From Chiloscyllium plagiosum (Eukaryota), in contig NC_057753.1 of assembly GCF_004010195.1 (NCBI RefSeq), forward strand, positions 535,776-599,598: 63,823 nt of DNA, given 5' to 3'. The notes beneath the pieces were generated by a model. That model was not told the origin of the DNA. It made no database searches and saw only the letters and a list, made by a program, of their open reading frames with translations. The position numbers and the translations under genes are program-made. This document shows, one piece after another, positions 49,855 through 63,511 of the stretch (positions are counted from its first letter, which is position 1; every line of letters starts with the position of its first letter).

Positions 49855-50140
49855 TAAACCCAACGAGGAAGGGTCACTTTAAACGAAACGTCAACTCTGA
49901 GTTTTCTCCACAGATGCTGAGAGTTGGGTGGGTATATAAATAGGAAGGATTTAGAAGGATATGGGTCAAGTGCTGGCAGGCGGGACTAGATTGGGTTGGG
50001 ATATCTGGTTGGCATGGACGGGTTGGACCGAAGAGTCTGTTTCCGTGCTGTACATCTCTACGACTCTATGACTGTATGTCCTGAGTCTTTCGAGCAATTT
50101 TTGCTTTAGTTTCTGATTTGCAAGATCAACAGATTTTTTT
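49855..50140 (+). mobile_element. PLE-type terminus (degenerate hammerhead) interrupted by a CR1 3' end (49925-50075)
   Basis: GAGGAAGGGTCAC...CGAAACGTCAACTCTG...CCACAGATGCTG, then the CR1 tail, then the PLE end resumes (CTGAG...TTTCTGATTTGCAAG). Confidence 0.65.
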
Positions 50141-50804
50141 TTATTTAAAGTGTCATGGCTGAAATATCGCACACAATAAGCTGAAACCAATGCAGCAATC
50201 TGGGGAGTTGGTTGGCAGGTTGTGTCTAGTTTCAACTGCATCTACGATGCCTCTTCTCCCAAAAAAACTACATTTTAACATGGGAGGAAAAAATCTTTCG
50301 CAAAACATTTGCAACATTCCGAATCTGCAAGGCACAAATTTCACATTGGCTATTCTGATTCGAAGTTTTTCGTGAAGTATGTGTTCTGATTAGTTTATGA
50401 GGGAGGAATGCAAAGGGTTGTGGTTCTGAAATGTATACATGACCACGAAAGCCTACACCATTGGTCAGGTGTAAGATAGCATGCTCAGGTAACCTGCTTT
50501 GGTAAACATATATGTCTGACCCGCTGTTCATGAATGTGATGAAAATGTTTGACATTCAGCAGTTTTGGCAGTTTCATGACATGAGATTCTTATTCTCAGT
50601 AGATTGTATCTCCGCATGTGACACTCTGCTTTGCACTTCGATGTGACATAACTCCATGTGGAAAGGCATATCTTTGTGTGGATAGATCTGTTCAACGTGA
50701 TGTGACAACTGTTCGTGCTGGATTGGTGATTGGAGAGTTCATTTCAATTGTCTGTTCTGTGTATCCATGCGTGAGGCTGTCTCTGAGTGGGAAAATATCG
50801 AAAC

Positions 50805-51945
50805 AAGTTCCGCGTTTGATAAGTTTCCCCATGGTAGGCAATTGCACAAAATATTGAGGCATGGGATTGAGTGTGCTTTCACGGTTTGAATCAAAAATTG
50901 GGTAGCTGAAAGAAGAAGGTGGTGTTTGATGGGAAATATTCTTCGTGGAGTTCAGTTCCTAGTGATGTACTGCAAGGATGTGTTTGGGATCCACTGCTGT
51001 TTGTCATTCTTATAAATAACCTATATGCGGCATAGGAGGATGACTTAGTAAATTTGTGGCTGATACTAAGATCGGTAGGCTTGTGGATGGTGCCGAAGGA
51101 TCTTGTGGATAACAGAGAGACATAGATAAACTACAGAGCTGTGCTCAGGTGGGGCAAGTGGAGTTTAGTGCGGAAAGGTGTGACGTGATTGACTTTGGAA
51201 AGAACAGCAGGAATAAAGAGCACTGGGCTAATAGTAAGATTCTTGGTTGTGGAGAGGAACAGAGAGATCTCAGTGTCCATGTACATAGATGCTTAAAAGT
51301 TGCCACCCAGGTTGATAGGGTTGTTAATAAGGCATACAGTGTGTTAGCTTTATTTGTTAGAGGGATTGAGTTTCGGAGTCACACGGTCATGCTGTAGCTG
51401 TGCAAATCTCTGGTGTGGCCGGACTTGGAGTATTTTGAACAGTTCTAGTCAACGCATTATAGGAAGGATGTGGAAGCTTTGGAAAGGGTTCAGACGATAT
51501 TTACTATGACTTTGCCCGTATGGAAATAAGACCATATGAGCAAAGTCTGACTGACTCGAGGCTGTTTTCATGAGAGAGAAGAAGGTTGGAGGTGACTTAA
51601 TTGAGACATACAAGATAATCAGAGAGTTAGATAAGGTGGGCAGTGAGAGCGTTTTTCCTCGGATAGCAATGGCTCACTCGAGTGGACATAGCTTTAAATT
51701 GCGGGACGGTAGTTATAGGACAGATGTCTGAGGTAGTTGCTTTACTCAGAAAGTAATAGGGGATTGAACGCACTGCCTGCAAGAATAGCAGACTCGCCAA
51801 CTTAATGGCACTTAAATGGTCATTGTCGAGGCATATGGACGAGAATTGAATAATGTAGGTTGGATATACTTCAGATTGATTTCACAGGTCGGTGCTACAT
51901 CGATGGGCCTGTACTGCACTATAATCTTCTATGATCTGTGTTCTT
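50805..51945 (+). mobile_element. CR1 fragment (same subfamily as 34980)
   Basis: KVATQVDRVVNKAYSVL; near-identical 3' UTR. Confidence 0.92.
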
Positions 51946-53289
51946 TGTGGTATCTGGTTCTGCAGTGACTGTTTCGTTGTATATTAGAAAGACCGTGCTG
52001 TATACTGTCCAGCTTTTCAGTACTGGTGGGGGTGTCAGTAACTAGAGCAGATTCCTCAGGTCATGTAATGGGGTATCTATCCATGTCAGAAACTACCTTT
52101 GAATTGAAGAATGATGCTGCTACTAACCTAGAATCTGTACATGTACAATCTTGCGTGACATGATGACAATACAAATGGCGAAGCTTTTTATATGGTATCT
52201 GTTCATACTAAAACAAATACTCATTTATTGACGGTTCCATGACATTACGTGTTGGTTAGTTGTTGAAATGTGTAAGCCACCATTCTACATCAGCTATTTG
52301 AAACATATCTTTTGGACAGAAAGAATTGAAATAAAGTTTGGGAATTGCCTTCTGTCTATTTCTCGATTTCGCAGTCGAGATCCACTGTGCCAAACTATCT
52401 GCTTGCCACCTTAATCCGTCATTTTCATTGTTCTCTCCTCAGTAATTCGATACCAACTCACCCAACTCCACTGAAGTCTTGTTATTAATTGCATATGCGT
52501 AAACAAAACTGATTTGCTTTTTGGATGCGATAAATGCCAGTTGCAGCTGTTACTGAGAGCACACAGCAGGTCAGTTCAAACCAAAATGGCATTGATAGAC
52601 TAAAACCCTGGACGTGAGCTTTGAATGCATTCTGTGAAACAGTTTATTCTGTGACAAGTACGAAACTTCTGCGACCATGATTGTTTTTGATGAAATGTCC
52701 AAATGCCTGAACACATTATGAGCACTAATTTCTTCGCATTAACTATACTGGTGTGAATTCAAGATTTCTTGAAGACAGACATTATATTGGCATTAATTAA
52801 GGTTTCAATAATTTGAAGAAAACATTGCGTCAGGCGAAATGGAATGCATAAACTATCATTCTATTGTTGGACGATTGTTATAAATGATGTAGTGTAAGGA
52901 ACAATATTTGTGCACTCGTTATTCCTAAGCTGCATCAATGATTATGAGGACACCATGCAAGATTTTCAGCATTGTCAGTGGCAATTAACTACGTGGGTCG
53001 TGATAAGAAAGCAAGGAGGCTCCTAACTGATATGGACAGTCTGATGCCTGGGCAAGAAGAGATCAGATGGATTATTTTGTAGATTAAGTACAAGTTTATC
53101 CTCTTTGGCATAACGGCCTTCAATGAGGAGTATCCCTGAAAAGCCAGGAGAATGGGAAATGTTAATGCTAAAAGGGAATTGTGAGTCTGACTACATTAGT
53201 TATTGAAATCTAACAAATGCAAGAAAGAGATGGAATGCTAAAAGGGTTGGTGTAAAGACAACAATCAATAAAACGAAGGAGTTGAGCAT

Positions 53290-54010
53290 TGCCTTGTGGA
53301 AGTGAAGTTGACGGCATGCCCCTGTCTGCATCAATAGTGCTGAGATGGGGTTCATCCACAGTGTCAAGGTTCTGGAAGTGATTACGACCAACAAACTGTC
53401 TGGTCTACCCATGTCGTCTCAATGTTCAAGGAAACAAAAGAGCATCTCTACTTCCTCAGGTGGCTGAAGGAAATTTGATATGTCCACAAGCACTCTTATC
53501 AATTTTCACAGATGCACCATAGATAGCCTTCTCTGTGTCTGCATCATAGTGCGATTGGGCAACAGCTTTTCCCATTACCACAAGAAACTACAAGAGTCAT
53601 GAACACAGCCCCGTCCATAACATAATCCAGCCTTCCAGCATTTGAAGACGTGTTGATTTTCCATTGTCTTGGGAAACCAACTAATTGAATCAAAGACCGC
53701 TTTCACTCCTGCTACGTTTTCTTCCAGTCTCTTCTCTCAGACAGAAGACATAAAAGCTTGTGCACATGTGCAAATATATTCAAGAATAGCTTCTTCCCTG
53801 CTGCTATTAGATTCCTGAATGGAACTCTCAAATATTATATTTCATGTTGATCTCTCTCTGTGCCTCTTATCTGCAGCTGTAGCATTTTATGTTCGCTCGG
53901 TCCGAGGACCATATATACTTTGTTTGGTATGATCTGCCTGCACTGCACGAAAAACAAACCATTTTACTGTACCTAGGTATATGTCAATAATAATTCCAAT
54001 CAAATCAAAT
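53290..54010 (+). mobile_element. Rex1/Babar-like LINE 3' fragment
   Basis: Decayed LYFLRWLKEI...INFHRCTIDS...HKKLQ motifs and FKNSFFPAAIR; short repeat tail CAAATCAAAT. Confidence 0.65.
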
Positions 54011-54559
54011 TTGTTAGAAAGCAATGAACAGCAACTATGTTTTAAGGAGTTCAATCGCAAGTAAATTTGATGTGAATGCACGTATTGCTTCAAATTTGTA
54101 GTATTGCTAAGATTGCACCGAGACATAGTGCAAAATCTATTACCTTCACTTAAGTTAGGATGCAATTTCCTTTCAAATGAATTGTGATGGACGTCCAGAC
54201 AAATTTGTGAGATTGTCATACCATCCCATGAAACGACTTTGAAGAGACAGCACTAATAGTCTGAGCTAATCGAATAATGAGAGATTGACCGAGGATGTGC
54301 ATGACAGTGTACGGTTGGTGTTTGATGTTAATGACATTAGCGGCAATGTGGATGTATGGAAAAATGACTCGAGGTAGGCGATCCCATACTGTCGAGAATG
54401 GTGAATCAGTATCAAGGGGTGGGACGGTCTGCTCCATGCTTCCATATTCCTGTCATCTAAACAGCAGCAAGCTACAGAATCGAAGATAATTAAAACAAAA
54501 AGGAGAGTAGCAAATCAACGAGAGAATTAATAAAATGATGGAAAAGTTAAGGCATACCT

Positions 54560-55950
54560 AAGTATGTTTTCATTGAGCTATTTCAGGGAAGAATGTGAAT
54601 AATGAAAGCATTGGGATGAACAGGAGTGGCCATTGTAACTGTTTCTTACAGAATTCTTTGTCTCCACTAAGGAGGGAATTAATGCAAAGAGTGTAATTAA
54701 AAATGGATTCCAGTAAAATTTTAGATTAAATAATAATGAGAATGAAAGTATTGTAGAGTCAAACCTCCTGGAAAGTGCATAAATATTTCGTGGTAAAAGG
54801 AACCCAGTGAGGAAATAATAGATGCTCAAAGGATCATTTGCCAATTCTCACGAAATGTATGTGAGGTAGCAGAAAATTATAATTGTAAGTCTACAACTAT
54901 TCCAGCCTCGAAAATGTCTTGATGGTAGACCAGAAAGTTAAAGGCCAGTCAGTCTATACTCCATGGAGGGCACTTTACGATAACCAATTATTAGAGGTCA
55001 GGTGGAATGCTACTAAGAAAGAGATGGACTAATCATGGAAAGTCCGAATGAATTTGTGAAGTGAACATCGTGTGTTATGAAGTTAAGCGATTTTTTTTGG
55101 TGCAATAGCATCAAGGGGACTCTTAGGGATAGTATTTCGGTAATGTCTAAATAGATATAGTGAGGCATTTGCCGACGTCCAACGTAGAAGACTTGTCAGA
55201 AAAATAAAGCCCATGAAATACAAGAGAGCGCCAAGTTTGATTACAAAATTGTGTCACCGACAGGAAGCAACGTTTAACACTGGAGAATGTGTTCCTTTGT
55301 TTTTGACCATCTCCAGTGTTGTATGACACGACTTAGTGTTTTATCGCTTGGAATTTGAGGTGTACATTCATGATTTATAGTTTAATGTGAAAGTTTTAAT
55401 TTGGATTTCGTTGATGATACAGAGGCAATGGCGTCATTTAGATTAATGATAATGGCTGTCAAATGTAGCTTTATATTACTGGTTCAGTTCTGCTGGTGAA
55501 ATATGATAATTTGAATTCAGTCTGTAAGTGGGAATATATGAAGTGAAAGGATGTCAGAAACTTTACAGTATACGTCCACCAGTCCGTGATTGCTGAAGAA
55601 CAGGTGATGAAGTGGTTTTTAAAAAAAAAGGCATGTGTGAACCATTGAGATGTTTTCCTGCTTTTGATGAAATGTTGAACACAAAATATATGCAATGCTC
55701 GAACTCTGTGGGTAGTTTATTGAATCAAATGCAGCAGTTTTGTGTCGAGTCCAAGTCACCACGTTCGTGGAAAGGCAAAATTGTTCAGGATAGAGGACAA
55801 CAAGTTCTATAAGAATGATGTGAGAAATTTTAAATGGATGTACCATTGTTGTTTTCCTTCTAAGACAGGCGGCAGAGTTCTAACTAAATTGAACAGTACA
55901 AAATAATGAGGGGTTTATGTAGTCTGGGCAGCGAAGCCATGGTATTATTG
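54560..55950 (+). mobile_element. Highly decayed CR1
   Basis: Remnant RPVSL, ESPNEFVK and downstream RT-like sequence. Confidence 0.45.
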
Positions 55951-57119
55951 CGGGGAAGGCAAATACATTAATGTATTATAAACAAGTAAAGTAATTTTTG
56001 TTTTACAGTCACATTCTGTAACTAGAACAAAATAACTGATCGTCGTTTAACCAGAGGGTCCCTCTAAGGACGACATAGTAAGTAAGGGAGAGAAAAGCAT
56101 TTCCATCCGATGCTGGGAGCTGTCTGGGATTTGCTTCCTGGTTTGATGGTTGAGACTGAAATCCTCAAGTTATTTGGAAGCATTTTGGATGTGAAGCTGG
56201 GGTGTTGTGTCATTCAGTAATGTTGTATGGTTCTATAGTTCTGCAAAGTTTCATTTATAACGTGATCGCTAAATTGATCTCTTCAAACCTGTCAATGGAA
56301 CTTTATTGGTGGGAGCTGTTTTGAACTTAGAATGAATCATTTTGGATCAAGTTATCAGTCAGTTGGAGAAATGTGCATTAATTACAGAAATGAACCCATG
56401 ACTCAAAACAGGAAAAAAAAGGTGTTCAAATAATTGAATGGTATTTTGACGAGTAACAAAGTGTCATATGGTTGAAATGCTGTCATGAAATTGCAAGAGG
56501 AAGAGAATCAATACTTTTCTACAATTGTAAAGTCCCAGAATACAAAGCCAATTGTAAAAGATGACAGGAAGTCATATAATTGCCAAATGAGATGGAGTAT
56601 CTATGTGCTTCCGAATTGAGAAAACATATATAGTGATCTGTACTGAACAGGCCACTGGTTAAATCTTTCTATGAGAACTGGCGTTCTCTTCCCCGTCCCC
56701 AATAATTGTCTATTTCACATAATCTTTAATACCTAATTAGCATCTGATTCCACTTTATGTCTACGAATGTTCTGCACCGAGCGATATCAAGTGCAATTAT
56801 TTTAGATGGATTTTGTTTAATTGTTGTTGGTATCAAGAGGCAAGATATTAGTTGGTGGTCACCAGATGCTGTTGTCATTCTCACTTTTTTCTCCGAACGT
56901 AAAAAGCACAATTGTATGGGACATTAATACATTTTACAGATCCATAGATGCACAGATTCATAACAGCACAGAAAAGACCCTTTGCTCCATCGTGTCTCCT
57001 CCAACATGCACTAAACGTGCACTAATTGCAATTTACTGCACTTGTCCCATATCCCTGAATATTGTGATATTTGAAGTACTTTTCCATTTCTTCAAAGTTT
57101 GCAAGGTTTCCAGCCAACG

Positions 57120-58940
57120 TGAGAAGTTGTTGGCTGTTAGGAACAAGGGAAACGTGAAGACCTTCTACAGATATATCAGGAATGCAAGAATGACTGGAGT
57201 AAGATCAGGCCAATCAAAGATGGCTTTGGAAAGTTGTGTGTGGAATCTGAGGACATAACTGAAGTGCTTAATGAATACTTTTCGTCAGTTTTCACTTTGG
57301 AAAAGGGAAATGTTTGTGAGAATGCAGAGATGCAGACTACAAGAATTGATGGGATTACGCTTGACAAAGTGGAAGTTTTAGCAATTTTGGAAGATCTGAA
57401 AATAGTTAAGACCCCTGGGCTAGACGGGGTTTATCCTCGAATTCTCGGGGAAGCCAGTGAACAGATTGCAGAGCCCTATGCTTCGATCTTTATGCCACCA
57501 TTCCCGACAGGAGTAGTGCCAGAAAACTGGATGATAACAAACGTTGTTACCTTGTTTAAGAAAGAGAGTCGGGACAACACTGATCATTATAGGCCAGTGA
57601 GCCTTACAGTGGGTTATAAGAGTTACGATATATGAGCATCTGGAAAGGAATGATTTGATTAGGGATAGTCAACACAGTTTTGTGAAGTGTGGGTCGTGTC
57701 TCACTAACCTTATTGAGTTCTTCGAGAAGGTGACAAAACAGGTGGATGAAGGTCAGTCAGTTGATGTAGCGTATTTGGACTTCAGTAAGGCGTTTGATAG
57801 GATTCCACGTTGTAGTCTATTGTACAAAATATGGAGTTTCGGGATTGAAGGTGATTTAATGGTTTGGATCAGAAATCGGCTAGCTTAAAGAAGATAGGGG
57901 ATGGTGCTCGAATAGGAATGTTCATCCTGGTTCTTGGTTATCAGTGGCATGCCGCAAGGATCTGGTCTGGGGGCACTGCTATTTGTCATTTTTATAAATG
58001 ATCTGGATGTGGGCGCTAAAGGATGAGTTAGTAAATTTGCGGATGACACTAAGGTAGGCAGAGTTGTGGTTAGTGCCAAAGGATGCTGTGGGCTACAGAG
58101 GGACACAGTTAAGATGCAGAGCTGGGCTGAGAAGTGGGAAATGGAGATTAATGTGGAAAAAGTGTGAGGTGGCTCACTTCAAAGAAGTAATGGGTACGCA
58201 GAGTACTGGACTTGAGGTAAAATTTTTGGCAGTGTAGATGAACAGACCGATCTCGGTGTCCAGGTGCATAAATCCCTGAAAAATGTCACCCAGTTTGATA
58301 GGGTTGTTAAGAGGGCATATGGTGTATTCGCGTTTATTGGTAGGGAGATTGAGCTTCATAGCCACAAGATCATGCTTCAACTGTCCAAGATATTGGTAAG
58401 GCCGCACCTGGAATATTGCATGCAGTTCTGGTCACCGCACTATCAGAAGGATGTTGAAGCTTTGGAAAGGGTTCAGAGGACATTTACTAGGATGTTGCCT
58501 GGTATGGAAGGAAGGTCTTTTGAAGAAAGGCTGAGGGAATTGAGGCTGTTTCCGTGGGAGAGAAGAAAGTTGAGAGGCGACTTAATCAAAATGTATCAGC
58601 TCATAACATGGTTAGATAGGGTGGGCAGTGAGAGCCTTTTTCCTCGGATGGTGAAGGCTAACATGAGGGAACTGAGCTTAAACTGAGGGCTGTTAGATTT
58701 AGAACAGATATTCGGGGTAGTTTCTTCACTCAGAGATTACTAGGGGCGTGAAATAGCCTGCCTGCAGTAGTAGACTCGCCGAAGTTAAGAGCATTTAAAT
58801 GGGCATTGGGAATACGTTTAGATAATAATGGAATGGTGTAGGTTACATGAGCATCAGAGTATTTTCACAGTTCTGTAAAGTATTGAGGCCCGAAGTGTCT
58901 GCACTGCGCTGTAATGTTCTATGTTCGATGTTCTATGTTA
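57120..58940 (+). mobile_element. CR1-type LINE, ~1.8 kb (same subfamily as 34980)
   Basis: EVLNEYFSSVFT, KTPGLDGVYPRIL, DFSKAFDRIP, KFADDTK motifs; tail TGTAATGTTCTATGTTCGATGTTCTATG. Confidence 0.95.
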
Positions 58941-58944
58941 CCTC

Positions 58945-59870
58945 GCCAATCTGTGCATTCCAAATTCTCTCTACGTGTTGAATGACACTCTGAACCTCAT
59001 GCTCCTGTCGTGATTGACTCCTCAACCAAGGGGGAGGGGGAGGTGTTCTCTATTAAAACTTCCCATACCACTCGTAAACGTATACACGTAAATCATACCC
59101 ATTATGTCTTCTCTTTATTGAAGAAAACGATCCAAACCTATCTAGGGTCGTAACATAGCTCAATTTGTCTGTCCCAGGCAACATCTAGTGAACCTTCCCT
59201 CTCTTCCCTCTGATCCTATCACATTCTTCCTGCCATGACAAGACCAGAACTGGACATTGTACTCCAAACCTGGCCTGACTGACGCTTTGTACAAATCCAA
59301 AATTACTTCTTTATGCTCTATGGCACGACAGATGAAAACAAGTGTGCCATAACACTACTTCATCTTGTTTCTTCTTCCAAAGCATATTATCTCGCACTTA
59401 TCAGGGTTAATTATCATCTGTCTTAGGTCTCCAATCACCCAATAGGATCTTCACTATTTACCACTCTTCCAAATGTGGTGTCTTCTGCAAGTTTGCTTCA
59501 TATTCCTCCTCCCCCCACATTCTTATCTGAATGTTTTGTGTATCCAACGAACAATAAGTGTCCTTAAATTGCTCCGAGTGGTGCACTGTTGCACAGAAGG
59601 CTCCAGTGATCCAAACAGCCTTCTATCATTGTCTTTGGGTTCTATTACAGAGCCAGTTTCTGATCTGGTGTGAAAGCTTTCGCTCAGGTCCATGTGCTTT
59701 AACTGTTTCAAATAATGTACAGTAAGAGGTCTTTCAAAAGCTTTGCTGCAATCCATATATAAACTACATCAACTGATCTCCTGTTGTCCACACATTTTAT
59801 TGCATTTTCAAAAAGTTCCAACAAATTTGTTCGGCATGACATCCCTCTGAGAAAGCCATGTTTACTATTC
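58945..59870 (-). mobile_element. Old CR1 fragment
   Basis: MDCSKAFERP... on the minus strand plus 3' region similarity. Confidence 0.65.
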
Positions 59871-60087
59871 TCTGCCCTCTATTGCCTGTTCTCACAACTA
59901 TGTAGTCTACTCTGTCATGAAAGTCCCATGATAGAACATTAATTCCTTTACTGAAGTTTACTCAGTCTGACAACGAATGTATCAAATAGCGCACAATTGC
60001 CGGTGCCTTGATATTACAGAAAACTTACCGGGACTTTTTTTGTCGACGTGACTAATTTTTCAAAAAAAAATTCTCCACTAATTGCAG

Positions 60088-60245
60088 GTATCTCTGAAAT
60101 AATAGCGGACCCGGTAGACTATGACATCGAAGAAAACGAACGAGAAAATTTCGTTGGAGATGCCAACAGTTCATTATCCATTATGACGTTTGTCGTCCTG
60201 TTTATTCTCAGTACGCTGTACAGCACATTTGTAACTGTGCTTAAG
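60088..60245 (+). CDS. IgNAR: IgNAR transmembrane exon TM1
   Basis: Acceptor ttgcag| at 60087, phase 1, matching the C5 internal donor; (G)ISEIIADPVDYDIEENERENFVGDANSSLSIMTFVVLFILSTLYSTFVTVLK; acidic spacer plus CART motif (TF..LF.LS..YS...T); donor AAG|GTAATA. Confidence 0.93.
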
Positions 60246-61029
60246 GTAATAACACATTTTAATAGCTATGTTACATTCGGCTTTCATAGATGAAATCATG
60301 TTAATCTGCACATAATAATGCAGAGATGTTATTCAAAAAAATCATTAATCCTCTTCAAATGAATGACATTGATCTTGAGTGATTAACTGCCGTCTTGAAT
60401 AATGTCCTCATGGGATGATTGCACAGAGGAATGCAAGCACACATTTAAAAAAATGCGGGATTTAGGAACCAAAATATGTCAGTCATGAAATAATGCTTCA
60501 CGCGTAGTGTCAGCTCATAAAAGGGTAGAAAACGGTTTTTTAAAAAAAGGTAATTCATACTTGCTGGAAATAAGCTAGACATGGTGAAATATATTGAGAC
60601 CCGAGAGTATAAAGGTAAAAACATAATAGATGGAAAGAAGTTCAGCACAAATTGTTTCAAATAATTCTTCATCTCCGTGAAGGAATGAGGAAAATATTTG
60701 TTAATGAATGGGATTAACTAATTAGTTTAGTTTCGATTAGTTTAGTTCAGATTAGTTAATGAATCAGATTAATTAGTGACAGATCAAAGTGAATTTATAG
60801 GAAAAGCATAGGTATGAGAGGCGACTTTATTTGTAACATGCAGGATTCTTCCAGATCTTTACAGGATAGATGCAGAAATATTTAAAAAAAATATTATAAA
60901 ACCAGATTCTAGTCCACCAGTTGCATTTGGAACCACGAGCTTTCAGAGCTCTGCTCCTGTGAAGTGTGATTTTTAGCTTTATCCACCCCACTCCAATACC
61001 AAATTCTCGACATCATGCAGAAAGATTGT

Positions 61030-61640
61030 TTGACTTGGTGGTGGATTAATACAGTCACAGAACGCACAAACGGAATTTCTACAGAGTTGTGCCAATCTAA
61101 TTATTCTAACCGCATATTCCAGCATTTGAGTTGTATGTTAGAATTCTTGAAGTGCTCATCCACGTAAACATTAAAAAGTTCTTTTTCTCACTTCTACTAC
61201 CCTCCGAGGCATTGCCCTGCAGATGCGCACTACCGTCTGGCTGAACAAATACTTCATAAAATTCATTCTAATACACCTACCCACCATTTTCAATTATGTT
61301 CCTTCCTTACTGAACACCTAATTAAAGATAACAACAGTTTCCCATCTACCCTGGCCATGCCACTTGTAGTCATATATATCTCAATCACGTTCCCCCATCT
61401 GTTTCCTCTGTTGTAAAGAAAACAACCTGGATGAACAAAGCATCTGTTAATATTTAGAGCTCTCCAGCGCTGCTTAATCTTCCACAAACTCCCTCCACTT
61501 AAAAAAATTGGTGTTGTGTTGTAAACAGAACTACACACAGTAATCCAGCTGTGGACTCACCAAAGTTTTGTAAAACTCTAACATAACCGCCCTGATCTCA
61601 CATCTCTAAAATAAAGGCAAGGGTCCAGAATGTCTTCTTA
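61030..61640 (-). mobile_element. Old CR1 3' fragment
   Basis: Minus-strand GNVIEIYM...MARVDGKLL-type sequence. Confidence 0.55.
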
Positions 61641-62934
61641 AAAAAAGGCACTCGACATCCACACAATTTTGAGTGGGCGACTTCAACATCTCCAGCGTCT
61701 TTTATAAGAGGAAATGGTTCATCACATCACTCCCTATTATGTTAGCACTAATTAATACTGTTACCAAGCATACTTCTGTACTCTGTGACCATCATCATCA
61801 ATATCACCATTAGATAATGATGATTGAGTTACCAGTTCAATACAAAAGTTTGATGCATCTCAAGAGTTATCCTGTTTCACTGCATTTCGCTCAGAACTAA
61901 TTTCAGACACCTTGTGTCATTCACCTTAATAGAAATCCACCATGATCACGGCAACCATCCAAAATCCATTTGATGTTTGAATGCACGACATTGTTCAAGT
62001 GACTCTGTGTTATGCAGAATCTACCACCAATTTATCCTTCTTGCCGTATGTCCTCTGCAGCCAAACATAAAGTTAAGAATTCAGTGTAACTATAACAGGA
62101 TGACCCGCTCAATGTGTCCCACACATAGCCTTGAATTAGGAATCTGTAATCTATTAATAAAAAACAAACAAATACAGAAGTTCTGAAGAAAGTTCACTGC
62201 ACCTGCAGCATTAAATCTGGTTTCACTGTACATGCTGCCGGAGGTTTTCCATCAATTTCAAAATTTGTTTTTGATTTCGAGTATCCACAGATATTTAGCT
62301 TTTTCATTAATGAAAATGCTTTGGCTGAGAAAAGAAATCCTGCATGACAATTGGTTGCTTCGCAAGTAGGTGAAAGCCTCATTACACGGGGCACCCAATT
62401 GAAATGGAGAAGAAGATTCATAGATTTTGTTTTGAGATTTTCAAGGAATAGTCAAGGGCCTTATTATAATTTTATGTTTAATCTCTTGTGCTTAAATAAC
62501 ACACACAGACATATGGTCCCGTCAGTTCATTTTTCCAACTTTGCTAGAACATTGAATACTGTTTCTCCTGGAATTTCCCACTCTAACTTTAGAAACTTGA
62601 TTCTCGGCAGATTGTCGATATATGCTGCAGAGTGCACTTTTACATTTTGTCCTCAACTGGCCTCTGAAACACGTAATTGCCCCAGCATTACTGCACCGGC
62701 GGTCACTTTGTCAACTGCAAGCACGGTTTTCAGTGAGGCCATTCCAAGTTGCAGGCAGGATGATGGCATCGAGTGAAAATTAATTCAATTAATTTATTAA
62801 CAGGAACTCAGAATTTGCTGATGTTTTGTAATCAAATTTGAACCGTCTTCGCCAACTGTAAACAACCTTTGCCAAAAGAGAGAAAATGCTGGAAAATCTC
62901 AGCAAATTTGGCAGCATCTGTGAGAAGAGAAAAG

Positions 62935-62973
62935 AGCTGACGTTTCGGGTCTAAATGACCCTTTGTCAAAGCT
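62935..62973 (-). ncRNA. Minimal hammerhead-like motif in the PLE terminal repeat
   Basis: AGCU-UUGACAA-A-GGGUC AUUUA GACCC-GAAAC GUC-AGCU: stems I and II perfect, palindromic ACGU, GUC cleavage triplet; the first core box is a variant (UUGACAA). Confidence 0.6.
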
Positions 62974-63511
62974 AAAAAAGGGGAGAAATAGGGAGGTATT
63001 TATACTAGGCTGAGAGAAGCAAAGGTAGCAATAAAGAGGCGATAATGACAGTGCATAGAGAGATTATAGGGAGATTAGGAGCTGTGAATGGGGGAGCGAG
63101 AGCAAGAGAGACAATCAAGAAATAAGAGGTACATAACAGTGAAAAAATAGAAAAAAAGATAAATAAAATAAATGAAATGAAATTATGGAGCAGAATGAAA
63201 ACAGAGGGGTCGAGAAGGGACAATCATCTGATGGTGTTGAATTCAATGTTGAGACCGGCAGGCTGTAACGGGCCTAGTCGGAAGGTGAACTGCTGTTCCT
63301 CCAGTTTGTGTTGAGCTTCACTGGAACATTGCAGCAGGCCAAGGACAGACATGTGGGCATGGGAGCAGGATTGTGTGTTGAAGTGGCAAGCTACGGGCAG
63401 GTCCGGGACCTGATTGCGCACAGATATGGCTCCAGAAGCAAAGGTAGCAACAAAGAGGTGATAATGATAGTGTAAATAGTATAAATACCTCTCTTATTCT
63501 CCCTTTTTTTA

